From Candidatus Cloacimonadales bacterium (GTDB taxonomy: Bacteria; Cloacimonadota; Cloacimonadia; Cloacimonadales; JAIOQZ01): a DNA stretch of 64,000 nucleotides. The stretch spans positions 992,001 to 1,056,000 of the forward strand of contig CAXXTU010000002.1 in NCBI GenBank assembly GCA_963662655.2. Reading direction: 5' to 3'. Made by a program: the position numbers and the translations under genes. Under the pieces are notes generated by a model, which was given only the letters and a program-made list of their open reading frames with translations, searched no databases and had not been told where the DNA came from. The number at the start of each line of letters is the position of its first letter. Within the stretch, counting starts at the first letter, position 1. Below are positions 41,088 to 51,488 of this stretch, in pieces.

Positions 41088-41223
41088 AAACTCCCCCAAA
41101 CCCCCTCTTGGAATCAAGAGGGGGCTTAAGGAAGGTTTTCACGTCGTTAACAGTTTATCGTCAAACATCTTACCCTTGCCAAGTCCCTCTCTTCATTCGA
41201 AGAGAGGGATTTAGGGTGAGTTT
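41088..41223. repeat. Short two-hairpin intergenic element with imperfect terminal inverted repeats
   Basis: Hairpins ccccctcttg/caagaggggg (41101-41124) and tccctctcttc/gaagagaggga; 20-nt ends match at 16/20 as inverted repeats. Confidence 0.7.
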
Positions 41224-41225
41224 CT

Positions 41226-43238
41226 CTATTTCAATAGCAGCATCTTCTGTGCCTTCGATTTTCCGCAGGACTCCAGCCGGTACAGGTAGATGCCCGACGA
41301 TACGTTCTTGCCGGATTGGTTATCGCCATTCCAGACAGCCTTATGCGTTCCGGCTTCGAGGTGATCATTTACCAGTGTTTTCACGAGCTGCCCTTTGATG
41401 TTATAGACCTTCAAGACGACTTTGTCGTCCTTCGGGATCGAGAACGAGATCGTCGTAGATGGATTGAACGGATTGGGGACATTCGGGAAGAGCATGGAAA
41501 CCTCTGAAGGTTCGGGTATCACATCGGTCTTATTGTACGACACAAAGTCAATGTCCAGTGCCATATAACAGACCGTTCCACCCAAGGTGAGTGAGCCAGG
41601 ATAAACGTTTTCGTCGCGATACAGGATATGTAGTTTTCCGTGACCGTTGCCCATATCCTCGATCTTGTTTCCAAGATAGGCGTGCGACGGAATCTGCCCG
41701 TCGAGCTGTGCTACGTAATTGCTGTCCTGAGGATTTGCGTTCATGACGATGGGAGGTGACCATGTATCACCGTGATCATTTGAAATGCTGATCATGATCT
41801 CCGGGTGACCACTCCAGCCGGGCCATTGCGATCCTCCGTAATTCGAACATAAGTGTGCGTACAATCCTTCCGACCATATACTTGCCATCCATCCGAGTTC
41901 TTCGTTATTACATGAGCGGTTGTTGGCGGAGATGGAATAGCGTTCAGAGTGCATTGCGTAATAAAGTAGCGCCATTTGAGGCTCAACCTGTCCGGTCTCT
42001 TCGTCGAATCGATCCACTTCGCCATCTTCATCGATATCCCAAGGAAGAACGGGCAGCCCGTCATCGACCGTAAGGCTCTGAGGATACATGTCGGAGGTTG
42101 TGAATTCTTCGCTTTGAGGGTCGAAAACAACGTCCCTGAGTTGGGAATAGTAAGGAGAAGAATCAAATCCATCTTCGGTTGTCCAGCTAAAGGTTAAATG
42201 TATCGGTAGGTGCAGTCTGCCCTGCGAGTCCCTCAATAAATTCGGAAAACCTATGAAGCCACCTGAAAAATGTCCTTCGATCGCGCCAGTCGGCCAGTTG
42301 CTTCCATCCTGATTTTGGGAAACATCAACGGTGAACGATATTGGGTTGGTCGAAAAAGTCCACTCTCCTTCGCCGTAGTTCGTATTGGTCATTGCAAAAT
42401 AGTTAACGGCTCTTTGGTAGGTATATATACGCCCGAAAACAGAAAATACGCCATCCCAATTACAGTCGAATAGATAGGTGAAATTACCTAAATTTTGATC
42501 TGAATCGAGGACGATTTCATCCAGTTGAGGAATGGAGACATACTGCCACTCCACCGATTCGAATCCGTCTTCGATATCTGTAGTCGAAAAATCGCAGAAA
42601 GCGATACGCGGTTCTAAATAACTGCCGGATCCACCATTGAGCACGCTACACGTAGTTATATAGAGTCTTCTTTTACCATCGGATTCGTAAGAAGGAGCTT
42701 TGCTGATGAAAATATTCGGATTCATGTAGATTTCATCTTCGACGAGCGGTTCAAACGGCAAGTTCTCCGGATTGGCGTTGTCGAATACAGTTATGGGTGT
42801 TAGCAAATTCTCTTCGCTTTCTCCCTGGTGGTATGCCGCGATCCCCAGCTGGATGTTGACGAGTCCCCAGTTATCTTGAGCATCCTCCCATACGTAGAAG
42901 GGATCCTGCGTATCCGGATCGATGCAAATGCTTCCATCGTAGTGACCGATCTCGGCAGGCAAAATAGCTTCCATCGAAATCAGATTGCCATTTGAATCGA
43001 GATGAACGAGATGTTGGGTTCGCGTAGTGTTAATTGTATCACTAACGCAGAAGAACATGTAGCACTCGCCATTGTCCAACACCTGAAGAGGCGTATTGTT
43101 CAGGCCAGCGAAGTTAGTGGACAAATTCGAGCATACAATCGGTACGCTTTCCATGTTAAAAGTCCATTCCGGTGTCGTGCCGCTAAGTGATGCGACGACT
43201 CCCATGAAAACGACGCAGGAAAGTATCCATTTCCGCAT
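41226..43238 (-). CDS. Secreted protein with sorting tail and uncharacterised passenger domain
   Basis: Signal peptide; Asp-box-like SNDHGDTWS; NVPNPFNPST...KMLLLK. Confidence 0.85.
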   Translation of the reverse strand: MRKWILSCVVFMGVVASLSGTTPEWTFNMESVPIVCSNLSTNFAGLNNTPLQVLDNGECYMFFCVSDTINTTRTQHLVHLDSNGNLISMEAILPAEIGHYDGSICIDPDTQDPFYVWEDAQDNWGLVNIQLGIAAYHQGESEENLLTPITVFDNANPENLPFEPLVEDEIYMNPNIFISKAPSYESDGKRRLYITTCSVLNGGSGSYLEPRIAFCDFSTTDIEDGFESVEWQYVSIPQLDEIVLDSDQNLGNFTYLFDCNWDGVFSVFGRIYTYQRAVNYFAMTNTNYGEGEWTFSTNPISFTVDVSQNQDGSNWPTGAIEGHFSGGFIGFPNLLRDSQGRLHLPIHLTFSWTTEDGFDSSPYYSQLRDVVFDPQSEEFTTSDMYPQSLTVDDGLPVLPWDIDEDGEVDRFDEETGQVEPQMALLYYAMHSERYSISANNRSCNNEELGWMASIWSEGLYAHLCSNYGGSQWPGWSGHPEIMISISNDHGDTWSPPIVMNANPQDSNYVAQLDGQIPSHAYLGNKIEDMGNGHGKLHILYRDENVYPGSLTLGGTVCYMALDIDFVSYNKTDVIPEPSEVSMLFPNVPNPFNPSTTISFSIPKDDKVVLKVYNIKGQLVKTLVNDHLEAGTHKAVWNGDNQSGKNVSSGIYLYRLESCGKSKAQKMLLLK

Positions 43239-43414
43239 AAGCTCCTCCCAATATTGAGGTGATACATATTATTGTTAATAAGAGTGTAACGTCAACCAGA
43301 AAAGTGTCAATCATTGGATTTTTGTAATACTCGACTCAAAATCATTCTATTGCGCCATTCACACAGAAACGGGAGAGCGTTATCGCTCTCCCGTAAAATC
43401 GTGAAAATCGGAAT

Positions 43415-43519
43415 CTACTTCAGCAGAAGCATTTTCTTCACGGAGGTCTGCTCTCCGGCTTTCAGGCGATAGAAATACACTCCGGACGCCACCGGTTTTC
43501 CGTTTGCATCATCGCCGTG
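43415..43519 (-). pseudogene. 3' remnant of a further sorting-tail gene
   Basis: Translates as HGDDANGKPVASGVYFYRLKAGEQTSVKKMLLLK*; followed by hairpin cgggagagcg/cgctctcccg (43370-43393); truncated at the repeat junction. Confidence 0.85.
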
Positions 43520-43612
43520 CACTTGCTGTATTCCCTGGTAAAAATCTCGTATAATCTACAATAACTAATGTATAAAAACCTGCCGTAGTTGCTGCGGCAG
43601 GTTTTTCAATCT
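43516..43612 (+). repeat. Direct repeat copy B (pepA 3' end plus terminator)
   Basis: Near-identical to 38775-38875 with a few substitutions and small indels. Confidence 0.9.
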
Positions 43613-43687
43613 GTTATCAAACCTGATCGAGCGAATCGGTCAGGTTCTTTTTTTGACTCCACGGCAGGTTTCCTTACCGCAGAATCC

Positions 43688-45037
43688 TCAAGGTTCGATC
43701 AGCAATAGCTGGATGTCCCCCACATTGGTGCGCGTTGGTCCGGTTTTGTATAACTCGCCGATTTTATCGAAGAAGTGGTAAGCGTCATGGCGAGCGATGT
43801 ACTGAACCGGTGAGATTTGAGCTTCCTCCGCCTTCTTCAGGATGTTGAGCGACGCCCATGCACCCGCCGCGTCGGTGGGGCCGTCGTTGCCGTCGGTGGA
43901 AGCTGCCAGAAGGATAACGTTCTCCATTCCCTTTCCGGCCCGTTTAAGCTCATTGAGGAATGCAAGCGCTATCTCCTGATTTCGTCCGCCCTTGCCGTGA
44001 TCCTGCGAAAGCGTAACCGTCGTCTCCCCACCAAAGATGAGCAGCGTCGGTTTTTCCACACCATACCGGCTTCGGAACCGCGCCATCGAGAAGAGCGAAC
44101 GCGCGGTTTCCTTCGCCTCTCCCTCGAGGCAGTCAGTGTGAATGAACGGCTCCATGCCCAATTCGCGTGCCTTTCGCGCCGCCGCAAGCAATGACTGGTA
44201 ATTCGTGCCGATCAGGAAATTATAGACCTTCGCGAAGGCCTCGCTGTCCGGCGAAGGCGTATCGGGGGCGTCGCCGGCGAGTCCTCGCTCGAGGAGCAAG
44301 CGAACGGGTGACGGGAGCTCCTCGCGGATGTCGTACTTTCGAATGATCGCGTCCGCAAGCTCGAAGGTCGATTGATCCGGCGCGGTGGGTCCGGAAGCGA
44401 TCGAATCGAGACTGTCCCCCACGACGTCGGACAGTATCAGGCAGATTGTCGTAGCAGGATACAACAATCCCGCCAGCCTCCCGCCCTTTATCAGCGAGAG
44501 GTGCTTCCGGAGACAATTGATCTCCGTGATGTCAGTGCCGCAAGCCAAAAGCGTCCTGGTCACGTTCTGCTTGTCCGCAAGCGTGAGTCGTGTACGTTCA
44601 TCCTCGTAGGGGGCAGCCATCAGGGCGGAACCGCCGCCGGAGATTAGGCAGATCACTAACGTCTTTGCATCCGCCTGCCTGGCAAGCCGGGCGATTTGCT
44701 GCGCTGCCTTGACGCTGTTGTCGTCCGGAACCGGATGCCCGGCCTCGATGATCTCGATCTTGCGAAGCTCCTGCCCGAATCCGTACTTTGTGCTGATGAC
44801 ACCCTCGGTGAGTCGATCTCCGAGAACATCCTCCATCGCGTGCGCCATCACGGCAGAGGCTTTCCCCGTGCCGATGACCGCAATCCGATCGAAGTCCCTC
44901 AGATCAAACGTTTTCTCACTGTGTTCCGTAGAAACGCAGAGCGTGTTGTCTTCTATCGTCAAGCCGCGTTTCAGCATGAGATACGGGTCCACGCGATCCA
45001 GTGCGGCCCGGAATACGGCATCGAGTTTCGTGTTCAT
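43688..45037 (-). CDS. Glycerate 2-kinase (DUF4147 + MOFRL family)
   Basis: GKAS, GHPVPD, SGGGSAL, SDVVGD...IASGPT, GGETTV, GGRNQE, TDGNDG and TGPTRTNVGD. Confidence 0.92.
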   Translation of the reverse strand: MNTKLDAVFRAALDRVDPYLMLKRGLTIEDNTLCVSTEHSEKTFDLRDFDRIAVIGTGKASAVMAHAMEDVLGDRLTEGVISTKYGFGQELRKIEIIEAGHPVPDDNSVKAAQQIARLARQADAKTLVICLISGGGSALMAAPYEDERTRLTLADKQNVTRTLLACGTDITEINCLRKHLSLIKGGRLAGLLYPATTICLILSDVVGDSLDSIASGPTAPDQSTFELADAIIRKYDIREELPSPVRLLLERGLAGDAPDTPSPDSEAFAKVYNFLIGTNYQSLLAAARKARELGMEPFIHTDCLEGEAKETARSLFSMARFRSRYGVEKPTLLIFGGETTVTLSQDHGKGGRNQEIALAFLNELKRAGKGMENVILLAASTDGNDGPTDAAGAWASLNILKKAEEAQISPVQYIARHDAYHFFDKIGELYKTGPTRTNVGDIQLLLIEP

Positions 45038-45690
45038 GATTTCTCCAATATTTGTTGCAGTTTGTGAATGTTAGCCCTTACAACCGGATGCTCGGCCAGC
45101 TTGTCGGCCTGTTTGAAAAATCGTAGCGCCCGGTTGTAATCGCCCTTCACATTCATGAGGTAACCACCGAGATTGTTCGCTGCGATGAAATTTGTATTGT
45201 CCAGCGAAAACGCCTGTTCGTAGACTTTTGCCGCCGAATCGTGATCCCTTTCCCGCTCCAGTTGCAGCGCTGTATCCAATAGCCGCCACGACTGCATCGC
45301 CGTGCTGTAGTCTGTGTCGTTCGAGCAAATTTCGAGACGCCGCAGAATCACGTTCTTGTCCCGAATCGCCGGGGCGTCTTCCAGCGCTTGCTTGTACGAA
45401 TTCCGGGCGTCCTCGATCCGACCCGCCAGATAGAACGTATCGGCAAGCGCACGCCGTATCGGGTAGGAGGAATCGTAAACCAGCGCGCATCGCAGGAAAT
45501 TCTCGGCTTCGTTGTAGCGTTTGAGCGCAAGGGCGGTGAGGCCGAGATTGTAGTCGATCCCGGGGAAATCCTGCCAGCGCTGCTTGATTCGCGAAAAGCA
45601 GCTATACGCCGTTTCGAACTGGCCGCTTACAAAGGCGTTCAGCGCGCGCCGCTTCCAGAAGAAGAGACGGATTCGGTCAAGAATGTTCAT
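45034..45690 (-). CDS. TPR-repeat protein
   Basis: YNLGLTAL, ALADTFY and ANNLGGY TPR patterns; start uncertain. Confidence 0.75.
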   Translation of the reverse strand: MNILDRIRLFFWKRRALNAFVSGQFETAYSCFSRIKQRWQDFPGIDYNLGLTALALKRYNEAENFLRCALVYDSSYPIRRALADTFYLAGRIEDARNSYKQALEDAPAIRDKNVILRRLEICSNDTDYSTAMQSWRLLDTALQLERERDHDSAAKVYEQAFSLDNTNFIAANNLGGYLMNVKGDYNRALRFFKQADKLAEHPVVRANIHKLQQILEKS

Positions 45691-45735
45691 GATGAAAAGG
45701 AAGCCCCGCAAACAAACGCCTGCGGGGCCAATCGA

Positions 45736-47070
45736 TTAGTGAATGAATATGGAAAGGATCGCAACAACGATGATGGAGACCAGTCCCAACACAAGCGTTG
45801 CGGACGTATAAGCCCGATAGGCGACGGAGACTTTCATATCGCTGAACTGGCTTACGACCCAGAAGTAAGAGTCATTCGCGTGGCTGACGGTCATCGCGCC
45901 GGCGCCGATCGCCAGAACGGTCAGTGCCGGATGCAGCCCCAGGCTTGCCATCAGCGGAGCCATGATGGAGGAGGTGGTAATGATCGCCACAGTCGATGAT
46001 CCTTGCGCGGTCTTGAGCGCCGCGGCGATGATAAACGGCAGGAAAATGCCCAGATTCCACCCCGACATGGTGTCGCCGAGGAAACCGGCCATAGGCGACG
46101 CCTTGAGAATCGCGCCGAAGGCTCCGCCTGCGCCGGTAATCGCAAGGATAAGCGCGGCATTCTTGACACCTGTACCCATCCATTCGTTTACAGCAGCGCC
46201 CAAATCTTCCTTCTTCACCAGGAGAAGAGCCAGGAACACGCCGATCAACAGCGCTGTCACCGGATCGCCGATGAAGTTGAGAAAATTGGAGAAAGCACCC
46301 TCTTCCATGATGCCCAGCTTGGGATTTGCAAGCGACTTGAGAAGGATCAGAATGATGGGTATCAATAGCGGCATGAACGAGAGGAACGCGTTCGGGAGTT
46401 TGCCGTATTTGGTCATCAGGCTATCGTAGGATTCCTCGAGCACGGGCTCGATCTCGAAACGTTTTGCCACGGTTATCGCCCAGATGTAACCGGCGATCAT
46501 GCCCGGAATGGAGACAACCAGTCCCCACAGAATCACCTGGCCGAGTTCAGCGCCGAGAATACCCGCCGCGGCGATCGGTCCCGGCGTGGGAGGCACCAGG
46601 CAATGCGTTGCGTAAAGCCCAGTAGAAAGCGCTACCGCCATGACAGCCATCGAGCGGCCTGTCTTCTGCGCTAGCGCTTTATTCAGTGGCGTTAGAATAA
46701 CATACCCCGAGTCGCAGAATACAGGAATGGAGACAACGTATCCCGCGATGCTCATAGCCAGGGGAGAATTTTTTTTACCGACAACCTTCAAAATGGCGTT
46801 TGTCATCGAAATTGCAGCGCCGGTTTTCTCCAGAATCGTACCGATAATCGTGCCTGCAACGATGACAATACCGATGTAGCCCAGCGTTCCGCCGAACCCA
46901 TTTCGAACTTGCGATATGATGTCCGAAAGCGGCATGCCCACGAACAAACCGTACAGTATTGCGACAAGAAGCAGCACAACAAACGCATTCATTTTCGCTG
47001 TGCTGGTCAGTACAATGATCAAAATAATGGCGACGAGTAAAAAAAGTAGTGCGAGTCCGCCTGAGACCAT
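45736..47070 (-). CDS. GntP-family (gluconate/glycerate) permease
   Basis: ATG 47070 after GGAGG; IPVFCDSG, VPPTPGP, AQGSSTVA and SHANDSYFW. Confidence 0.92.
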   Translation of the reverse strand: MVSGGLALLFLLVAIILIIVLTSTAKMNAFVVLLLVAILYGLFVGMPLSDIISQVRNGFGGTLGYIGIVIVAGTIIGTILEKTGAAISMTNAILKVVGKKNSPLAMSIAGYVVSIPVFCDSGYVILTPLNKALAQKTGRSMAVMAVALSTGLYATHCLVPPTPGPIAAAGILGAELGQVILWGLVVSIPGMIAGYIWAITVAKRFEIEPVLEESYDSLMTKYGKLPNAFLSFMPLLIPIILILLKSLANPKLGIMEEGAFSNFLNFIGDPVTALLIGVFLALLLVKKEDLGAAVNEWMGTGVKNAALILAITGAGGAFGAILKASPMAGFLGDTMSGWNLGIFLPFIIAAALKTAQGSSTVAIITTSSIMAPLMASLGLHPALTVLAIGAGAMTVSHANDSYFWVVSQFSDMKVSVAYRAYTSATLVLGLVSIIVVAILSIFIH

Positions 47071-47384
47071 GACAACCTCCTTGTAATTGATAAAGATAAC
47101 GTAAAATCTAATCATAAGAATGAGATACGTCAAGAAAAACATTATTCGGGATCGTGTCGCTCCGGGAATTGCAGATTTGTTTGTTAAACATGATAAAATC
47201 ATTAAAAAATCTTGCAATATTGGAACTGAACTTGCAATAATGCGTCGTAGCGAGGGATCGACAATGAAGAACAATGACTTTGGTAGATTTTTTGTGCATT
47301 TCATTCCCGGAAGACGGAATAAGACAGGCATCGACTACTTACAATGCTTTGACAGCCTCCGGATAACCGGAAAGAAGTGACGCT

Positions 47385-48680
47385 ATGGAAAAATCGATTT
47401 TACAACTCCCCCTGCGCGTTCTGAAATGCTGGTTGTTCTACCGAAAATCACAGTTCTTCACTCGTGAAGCGTTGTACGGGTGGCAGAACGAGCGGATCAA
47501 GCACCTGGTTCGATATGCCGGAACGCATGTTCCATACTACCGCAACCTCTTCAGGGAAATCGGCCTGGATACGGCTTCCTTCCGGGGAATCGAGGATCTG
47601 CAAAAGATACCGCTTCTCGATAAGGAAATCGTGCGCACAAAGCGCGAGGAACTGATGTCCGATCAAGCGCTGGGATACGGCATTACCTGGGATTCGACCA
47701 GCGGTTCCACGGGTACGCCGCTCCATTTCGCCCTCAGCGACGAAGTCCAGGCCAACAAGATCGCCGCGTTCCTGCGCAGCCTGGGATGGGCCGGATATCG
47801 CTTGGGTGCGAGATCGCTCCTGGTGCAGAGCTACTATTTCAAGGATTACGATTTCATATACAAACCCATATACAATATCGTACGCTTCGATTCAAACCGT
47901 CTCAGGAAGGAATCCGCGCTCAAGCTTGCCGAATACCTGATCGAGAAACCGGTCAAGGTTATCATTGGGTTTCCGTTCGACATCATGATGATCGGACGGT
48001 TCGCGCAGGACGCAGGGCTGAAAATCCCCTCGCCCAATACGATAATCTCCTACGGCGAGAAGCTGTCGCGGCACAGGCGCGAGCAAATCGAAGCCATATA
48101 CGGCTGCAAGGTGTACGATTACCACTCCATGCACGAGTTGAGCGCAATGGTTGCCGAGTGCGAGCACGGATCGTTGCACCTGGTGGAAGACTCGGCCTAC
48201 ATGGAGGTCCTTGACGAAAACGGAACCCCCGCCCGGGAAGGCTCCATGATAGGAACCAGCTACTACAATTACACCATGCCCCTGATTCGCTACAACACGC
48301 GCGACCTGGTTTCCCTTTCGGGAGACGAATGTCCATGCGGGAGGCGCTTCCGGCGCGTGGAAGAGATTCACGGCAAGGCCTGCGATCACATCGTTACACC
48401 GGATGGCCGCATTCTCGGCGCGGTGATGTCTCACTCCGTGGACCAGGCGAAGGGTGTTATCGTATCGCAGTGCGTTCAAGACGAGCTGGATCACATCACA
48501 TTCCGCATCGTTGTCGACTCGGAGTACAACAATCACTCGCAGATCGAGCTGGAGAAGGGACTTCGCAAAAGACTCGGGCATGAGATGAAAATCGATTTTG
48601 AGATCGTGGAAGAGCTGGAAAAAGCGCGCGGCGGAAAAACGCCTTTCATACGATCGACAATAGGAAATCAATTTGAATAA
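47385..48680 (+). CDS. Phenylacetate-CoA ligase / CapK-like adenylate-forming enzyme
   Basis: VPYYR, STSGSTGTP P-loop, AECEHG, MPLIRY and C-terminal GGK. Confidence 0.85.
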   Translation: MEKSILQLPLRVLKCWLFYRKSQFFTREALYGWQNERIKHLVRYAGTHVPYYRNLFREIGLDTASFRGIEDLQKIPLLDKEIVRTKREELMSDQALGYGITWDSTSGSTGTPLHFALSDEVQANKIAAFLRSLGWAGYRLGARSLLVQSYYFKDYDFIYKPIYNIVRFDSNRLRKESALKLAEYLIEKPVKVIIGFPFDIMMIGRFAQDAGLKIPSPNTIISYGEKLSRHRREQIEAIYGCKVYDYHSMHELSAMVAECEHGSLHLVEDSAYMEVLDENGTPAREGSMIGTSYYNYTMPLIRYNTRDLVSLSGDECPCGRRFRRVEEIHGKACDHIVTPDGRILGAVMSHSVDQAKGVIVSQCVQDELDHITFRIVVDSEYNNHSQIELEKGLRKRLGHEMKIDFEIVEELEKARGGKTPFIRSTIGNQFE

Positions 48681-48685
48681 TAAAG

Positions 48686-49612
48686 GTGGATACGAAGATG
48701 AAAAGAGACAAGCAATACTACCAACAACGAATCCTGGAACTGAAGAAAGAGAAAGACTGCTTCGTCATGTCGCACAACTACGTGGACTATGACCTGCAGG
48801 AAGTATCCGACTACGTGGGCGATTCCCTCCAAATGGCAAAAGTGGCGGCTACGAAGGATCACAAGATGCTGCTCGTGTGCAGCATACGCATCATGGGCGA
48901 AACCGCCAAGCTGCTCAATCCCGAAAAGAAAGTCCTCATGGCGCACCCGACTGCCGATTGTCGCCTGGCGAACATGCAGAATCCACAAAGCTTACGTGAT
49001 TTGCGCCAGGAACATCCCGACGCCGAGGTCGTCTGCTACGTCAACTCACCCGCCTCGCTGAAAGCGGAGAGCACCATCACCTGTACCTCCGCCAACTGCA
49101 TCGACGTGGTCAATTCAATATCCGAGGACAGGGAAGTCATCTTCGTGCCCGACTGCAACATTGGGAAATGGGTCGAATTCAAGACGGGTAGAAAGCTGAT
49201 CATGTTCGATAGCTACTGCTATGTTCATCACAAAATCGAGTTGGAAGAAGCGCAGGCGATCAAGAAGAAGTACCCGAACTATACCCTGCTCGTTCATCCC
49301 GAGTGCGGTCTCGAAGTGTGCAAATTCGCCGATAAGGTATGCTCGACAAGCCAGATGATCGATTTCACGAGGGAGAACGACAAGGTTATCATCGGTACGG
49401 AGACGGGATTATTCGAACAACTGCGTCATCGCTTCCCCGAGAAGAAGCTGGTGGCGATGAGTCCGCGCATGGTTTGCGAGGACATGAAGCTGAACACGCT
49501 CGAACTGGCGTGCCACGCGCTGGAGAACGAACATAACGAAGTCGTGCTCGACGATGATACCACTGAAAGGATGGGGAAATCTCTGGAGCGCATGATGGAG
49601 CTCTTCCGATAA
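48686..49612 (+). CDS. nadA: Quinolinate synthase NadA
   Basis: SHNY, GDS, CRLA, YVNS, CYVH, HPEC, STS, GTE and CEDMK (three 4Fe-4S cysteines). Confidence 0.9.
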   Translation: MDTKMKRDKQYYQQRILELKKEKDCFVMSHNYVDYDLQEVSDYVGDSLQMAKVAATKDHKMLLVCSIRIMGETAKLLNPEKKVLMAHPTADCRLANMQNPQSLRDLRQEHPDAEVVCYVNSPASLKAESTITCTSANCIDVVNSISEDREVIFVPDCNIGKWVEFKTGRKLIMFDSYCYVHHKIELEEAQAIKKKYPNYTLLVHPECGLEVCKFADKVCSTSQMIDFTRENDKVIIGTETGLFEQLRHRFPEKKLVAMSPRMVCEDMKLNTLELACHALENEHNEVVLDDDTTERMGKSLERMMELFR

Positions 49613-50601
49613 TGACTCGCCTTAGAAAGGGATTCAAGGTTTTACAGCTTGTGATCTCTATCGCTTTGCTGGGGTATCTGCTCAGGAAATACCATTATTC
49701 GCTACACTCGCTCGAGTTCAGGCATGAAAGCGCGTACTGGTTCATCCCTTGCGTGCTGATCGCGGTTGCACTGATCCCGCTCCTGGCGGGGCTACGCTGG
49801 AGGATGATGCTGCAATCCCTGGGTAAAACCTACCCGGTCAAATCATTGATCCACATCAATTTCGTTTCCATCTTCTGGGGCGTTTTTCTGCCCTCGGCTG
49901 ATGGGTTCGCTATCATCCGCGCGATTCTCCTGATGCGGAAGATCGACCGGAAGATCGCCGTCAGCTCGGTGCTTCTCGAGAAATTCATCGGGATTTTCTG
50001 CCTCTTCACCATCGCACTGGCAGCGAGCTATTCGTTCGAGGCAACGCCTTCAATCAAAACCCTGCGGCTGATTCTGGTGGGAGTCATCATTCTGCTGGCA
50101 GGCGTCACACTGGTTGTCAGGAAAATACCGCCGAAAGAAGGTAATCGAGCTTCCATCATCGCCAAACTGCTCCAGAAAATGCGCGAAGTTGCGGTTATTC
50201 TGGCAAATTCGCGGAAGAATCCCCTGATGTTGGGGATTCTGCTGGTGCTGGCGGTGCAGATGATGAGCATTCTCAATATCCATTTCCTGTTCAGGGTGCT
50301 GGGATATCAGATTCCGCTGCTGAATCACATCTGCTTTGTGCCGGTGATACAGACGATCTCGCTCATCCCGCTCACCATCAGTGGATTCGGAATTCGCGAA
50401 GGCGCGTTTGTTTATTTCTATCAGCATCTTGGCGTTCACGCGGACGATGCGATCACGGTATCGATCTTGCATTTCATTATTATAACCGGCATTCAAGCCC
50501 TCATCGGGGGAATCCTCTCGATCTATTCCCACATCGGGAGAGCGGATGTCTCCCTAGAAAACGAGAACTCACCCCGGTTACCCGAAGGAGTGGTATCATG
50601 A
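49612..50601 (+). CDS. Lysylphosphatidylglycerol-synthase TM / flippase-like protein
   Basis: LRW, FLPS, SVLLEK and IPLTISGFGIREGAF; about 8 TM segments. Confidence 0.85.
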   Translation: MTRLRKGFKVLQLVISIALLGYLLRKYHYSLHSLEFRHESAYWFIPCVLIAVALIPLLAGLRWRMMLQSLGKTYPVKSLIHINFVSIFWGVFLPSADGFAIIRAILLMRKIDRKIAVSSVLLEKFIGIFCLFTIALAASYSFEATPSIKTLRLILVGVIILLAGVTLVVRKIPPKEGNRASIIAKLLQKMREVAVILANSRKNPLMLGILLVLAVQMMSILNIHFLFRVLGYQIPLLNHICFVPVIQTISLIPLTISGFGIREGAFVYFYQHLGVHADDAITVSILHFIIITGIQALIGGILSIYSHIGRADVSLENENSPRLPEGVVS

Positions 50602-51488
50602 CACGTCCAATGATATCTGTCGTCGCTCCGGTCTTCAACGGCTCGGACACGATTATCGAATACATGCACAGAACCTGGGACACGCTCCAAGCGTTGAACG
50701 TTCCCTTTGAAGTCCTCCTCGTCGACGATGGCAGCACGGATGGCTCACTGATCGCCATGAAGCGCTCGCTCGAACGCTACCCGGGCTCGAAGATCGTCAT
50801 GCTGGATAAGAACTACGGGCAGTCGAACGCCATTGCCGCTGGACTTTCACAAGCCAGAGGCGAGTTCTGCGTCGTGATGGACAGCGACCTCCAGGACAAG
50901 CCGGAGGACATCCCCACCCTTTATCAAAACATACTCGAATCGGACCTGGACATGGTGATTGCCTCGCGCTCGCAGTCGAATTCGAGCGCTAAGCGCAATT
51001 TATTATCGATCGCGTTCTATCTTGCCGCCAACCGCCTGACGACCATCAAGAATCCGCCTTGCGCAGGCGTGTTTCGCATCATTCGAAGCAGGTGTATGAA
51101 GCCTATATTTTCCATGCCCCGGCAACCCGGGACGTTGCTGAGCCAGCTTCATGCCCGTGGATGCTCGTGGAAAACCGTTCACCTCGAAAGGGAAAACCGT
51201 GTCGAACACCAGAGCAGCTATACGCTCTGCAAGCTCCTCACGCTCGCCTTCACGCGAATTCTCGTGTTCGGTAAAATCCCTGCGGGACAAATGGGAAACA
51301 TCGGGATCCTCAAAGCGCTGTTTTTCTACGGAGCGGGAGTGAAGCGCAACAGCTTCTGCCTGAAACTGTTTGCCGGCTTCATCCTGATTGTGTCGCTCCT
51401 GATGAGGGATAAAAATTTTCTGTACCGTTTCAAGCCGAAGTTCAAAATCCAGAGCGTCATCACGGAGAACACATGCAACGGAGAGTGA
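50598..51488 (+). CDS. GT2 glycosyltransferase (polyprenol-phosphate, GtrB/ArnC-like)
   Basis: VVAPVFN, VDDGSTD, NYGQSNAI.AGL and MDSDLQDKP. Confidence 0.88.
   Translation: MTRPMISVVAPVFNGSDTIIEYMHRTWDTLQALNVPFEVLLVDDGSTDGSLIAMKRSLERYPGSKIVMLDKNYGQSNAIAAGLSQARGEFCVVMDSDLQDKPEDIPTLYQNILESDLDMVIASRSQSNSSAKRNLLSIAFYLAANRLTTIKNPPCAGVFRIIRSRCMKPIFSMPRQPGTLLSQLHARGCSWKTVHLERENRVEHQSSYTLCKLLTLAFTRILVFGKIPAGQMGNIGILKALFFYGAGVKRNSFCLKLFAGFILIVSLLMRDKNFLYRFKPKFKIQSVITENTCNGE

Noticed and set aside
20294..43238. Diversity-generating retroelement acting on the surface proteins
   Set aside because: No reverse transcriptase in the window, and differences between the duplicated tails look mostly synonymous rather than adenine-specific.
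47071..47331. N-terminal extension of the GntP ORF
   Set aside because: AT-rich intergenic sequence; a GGAGG RBS supports ATG 47070.
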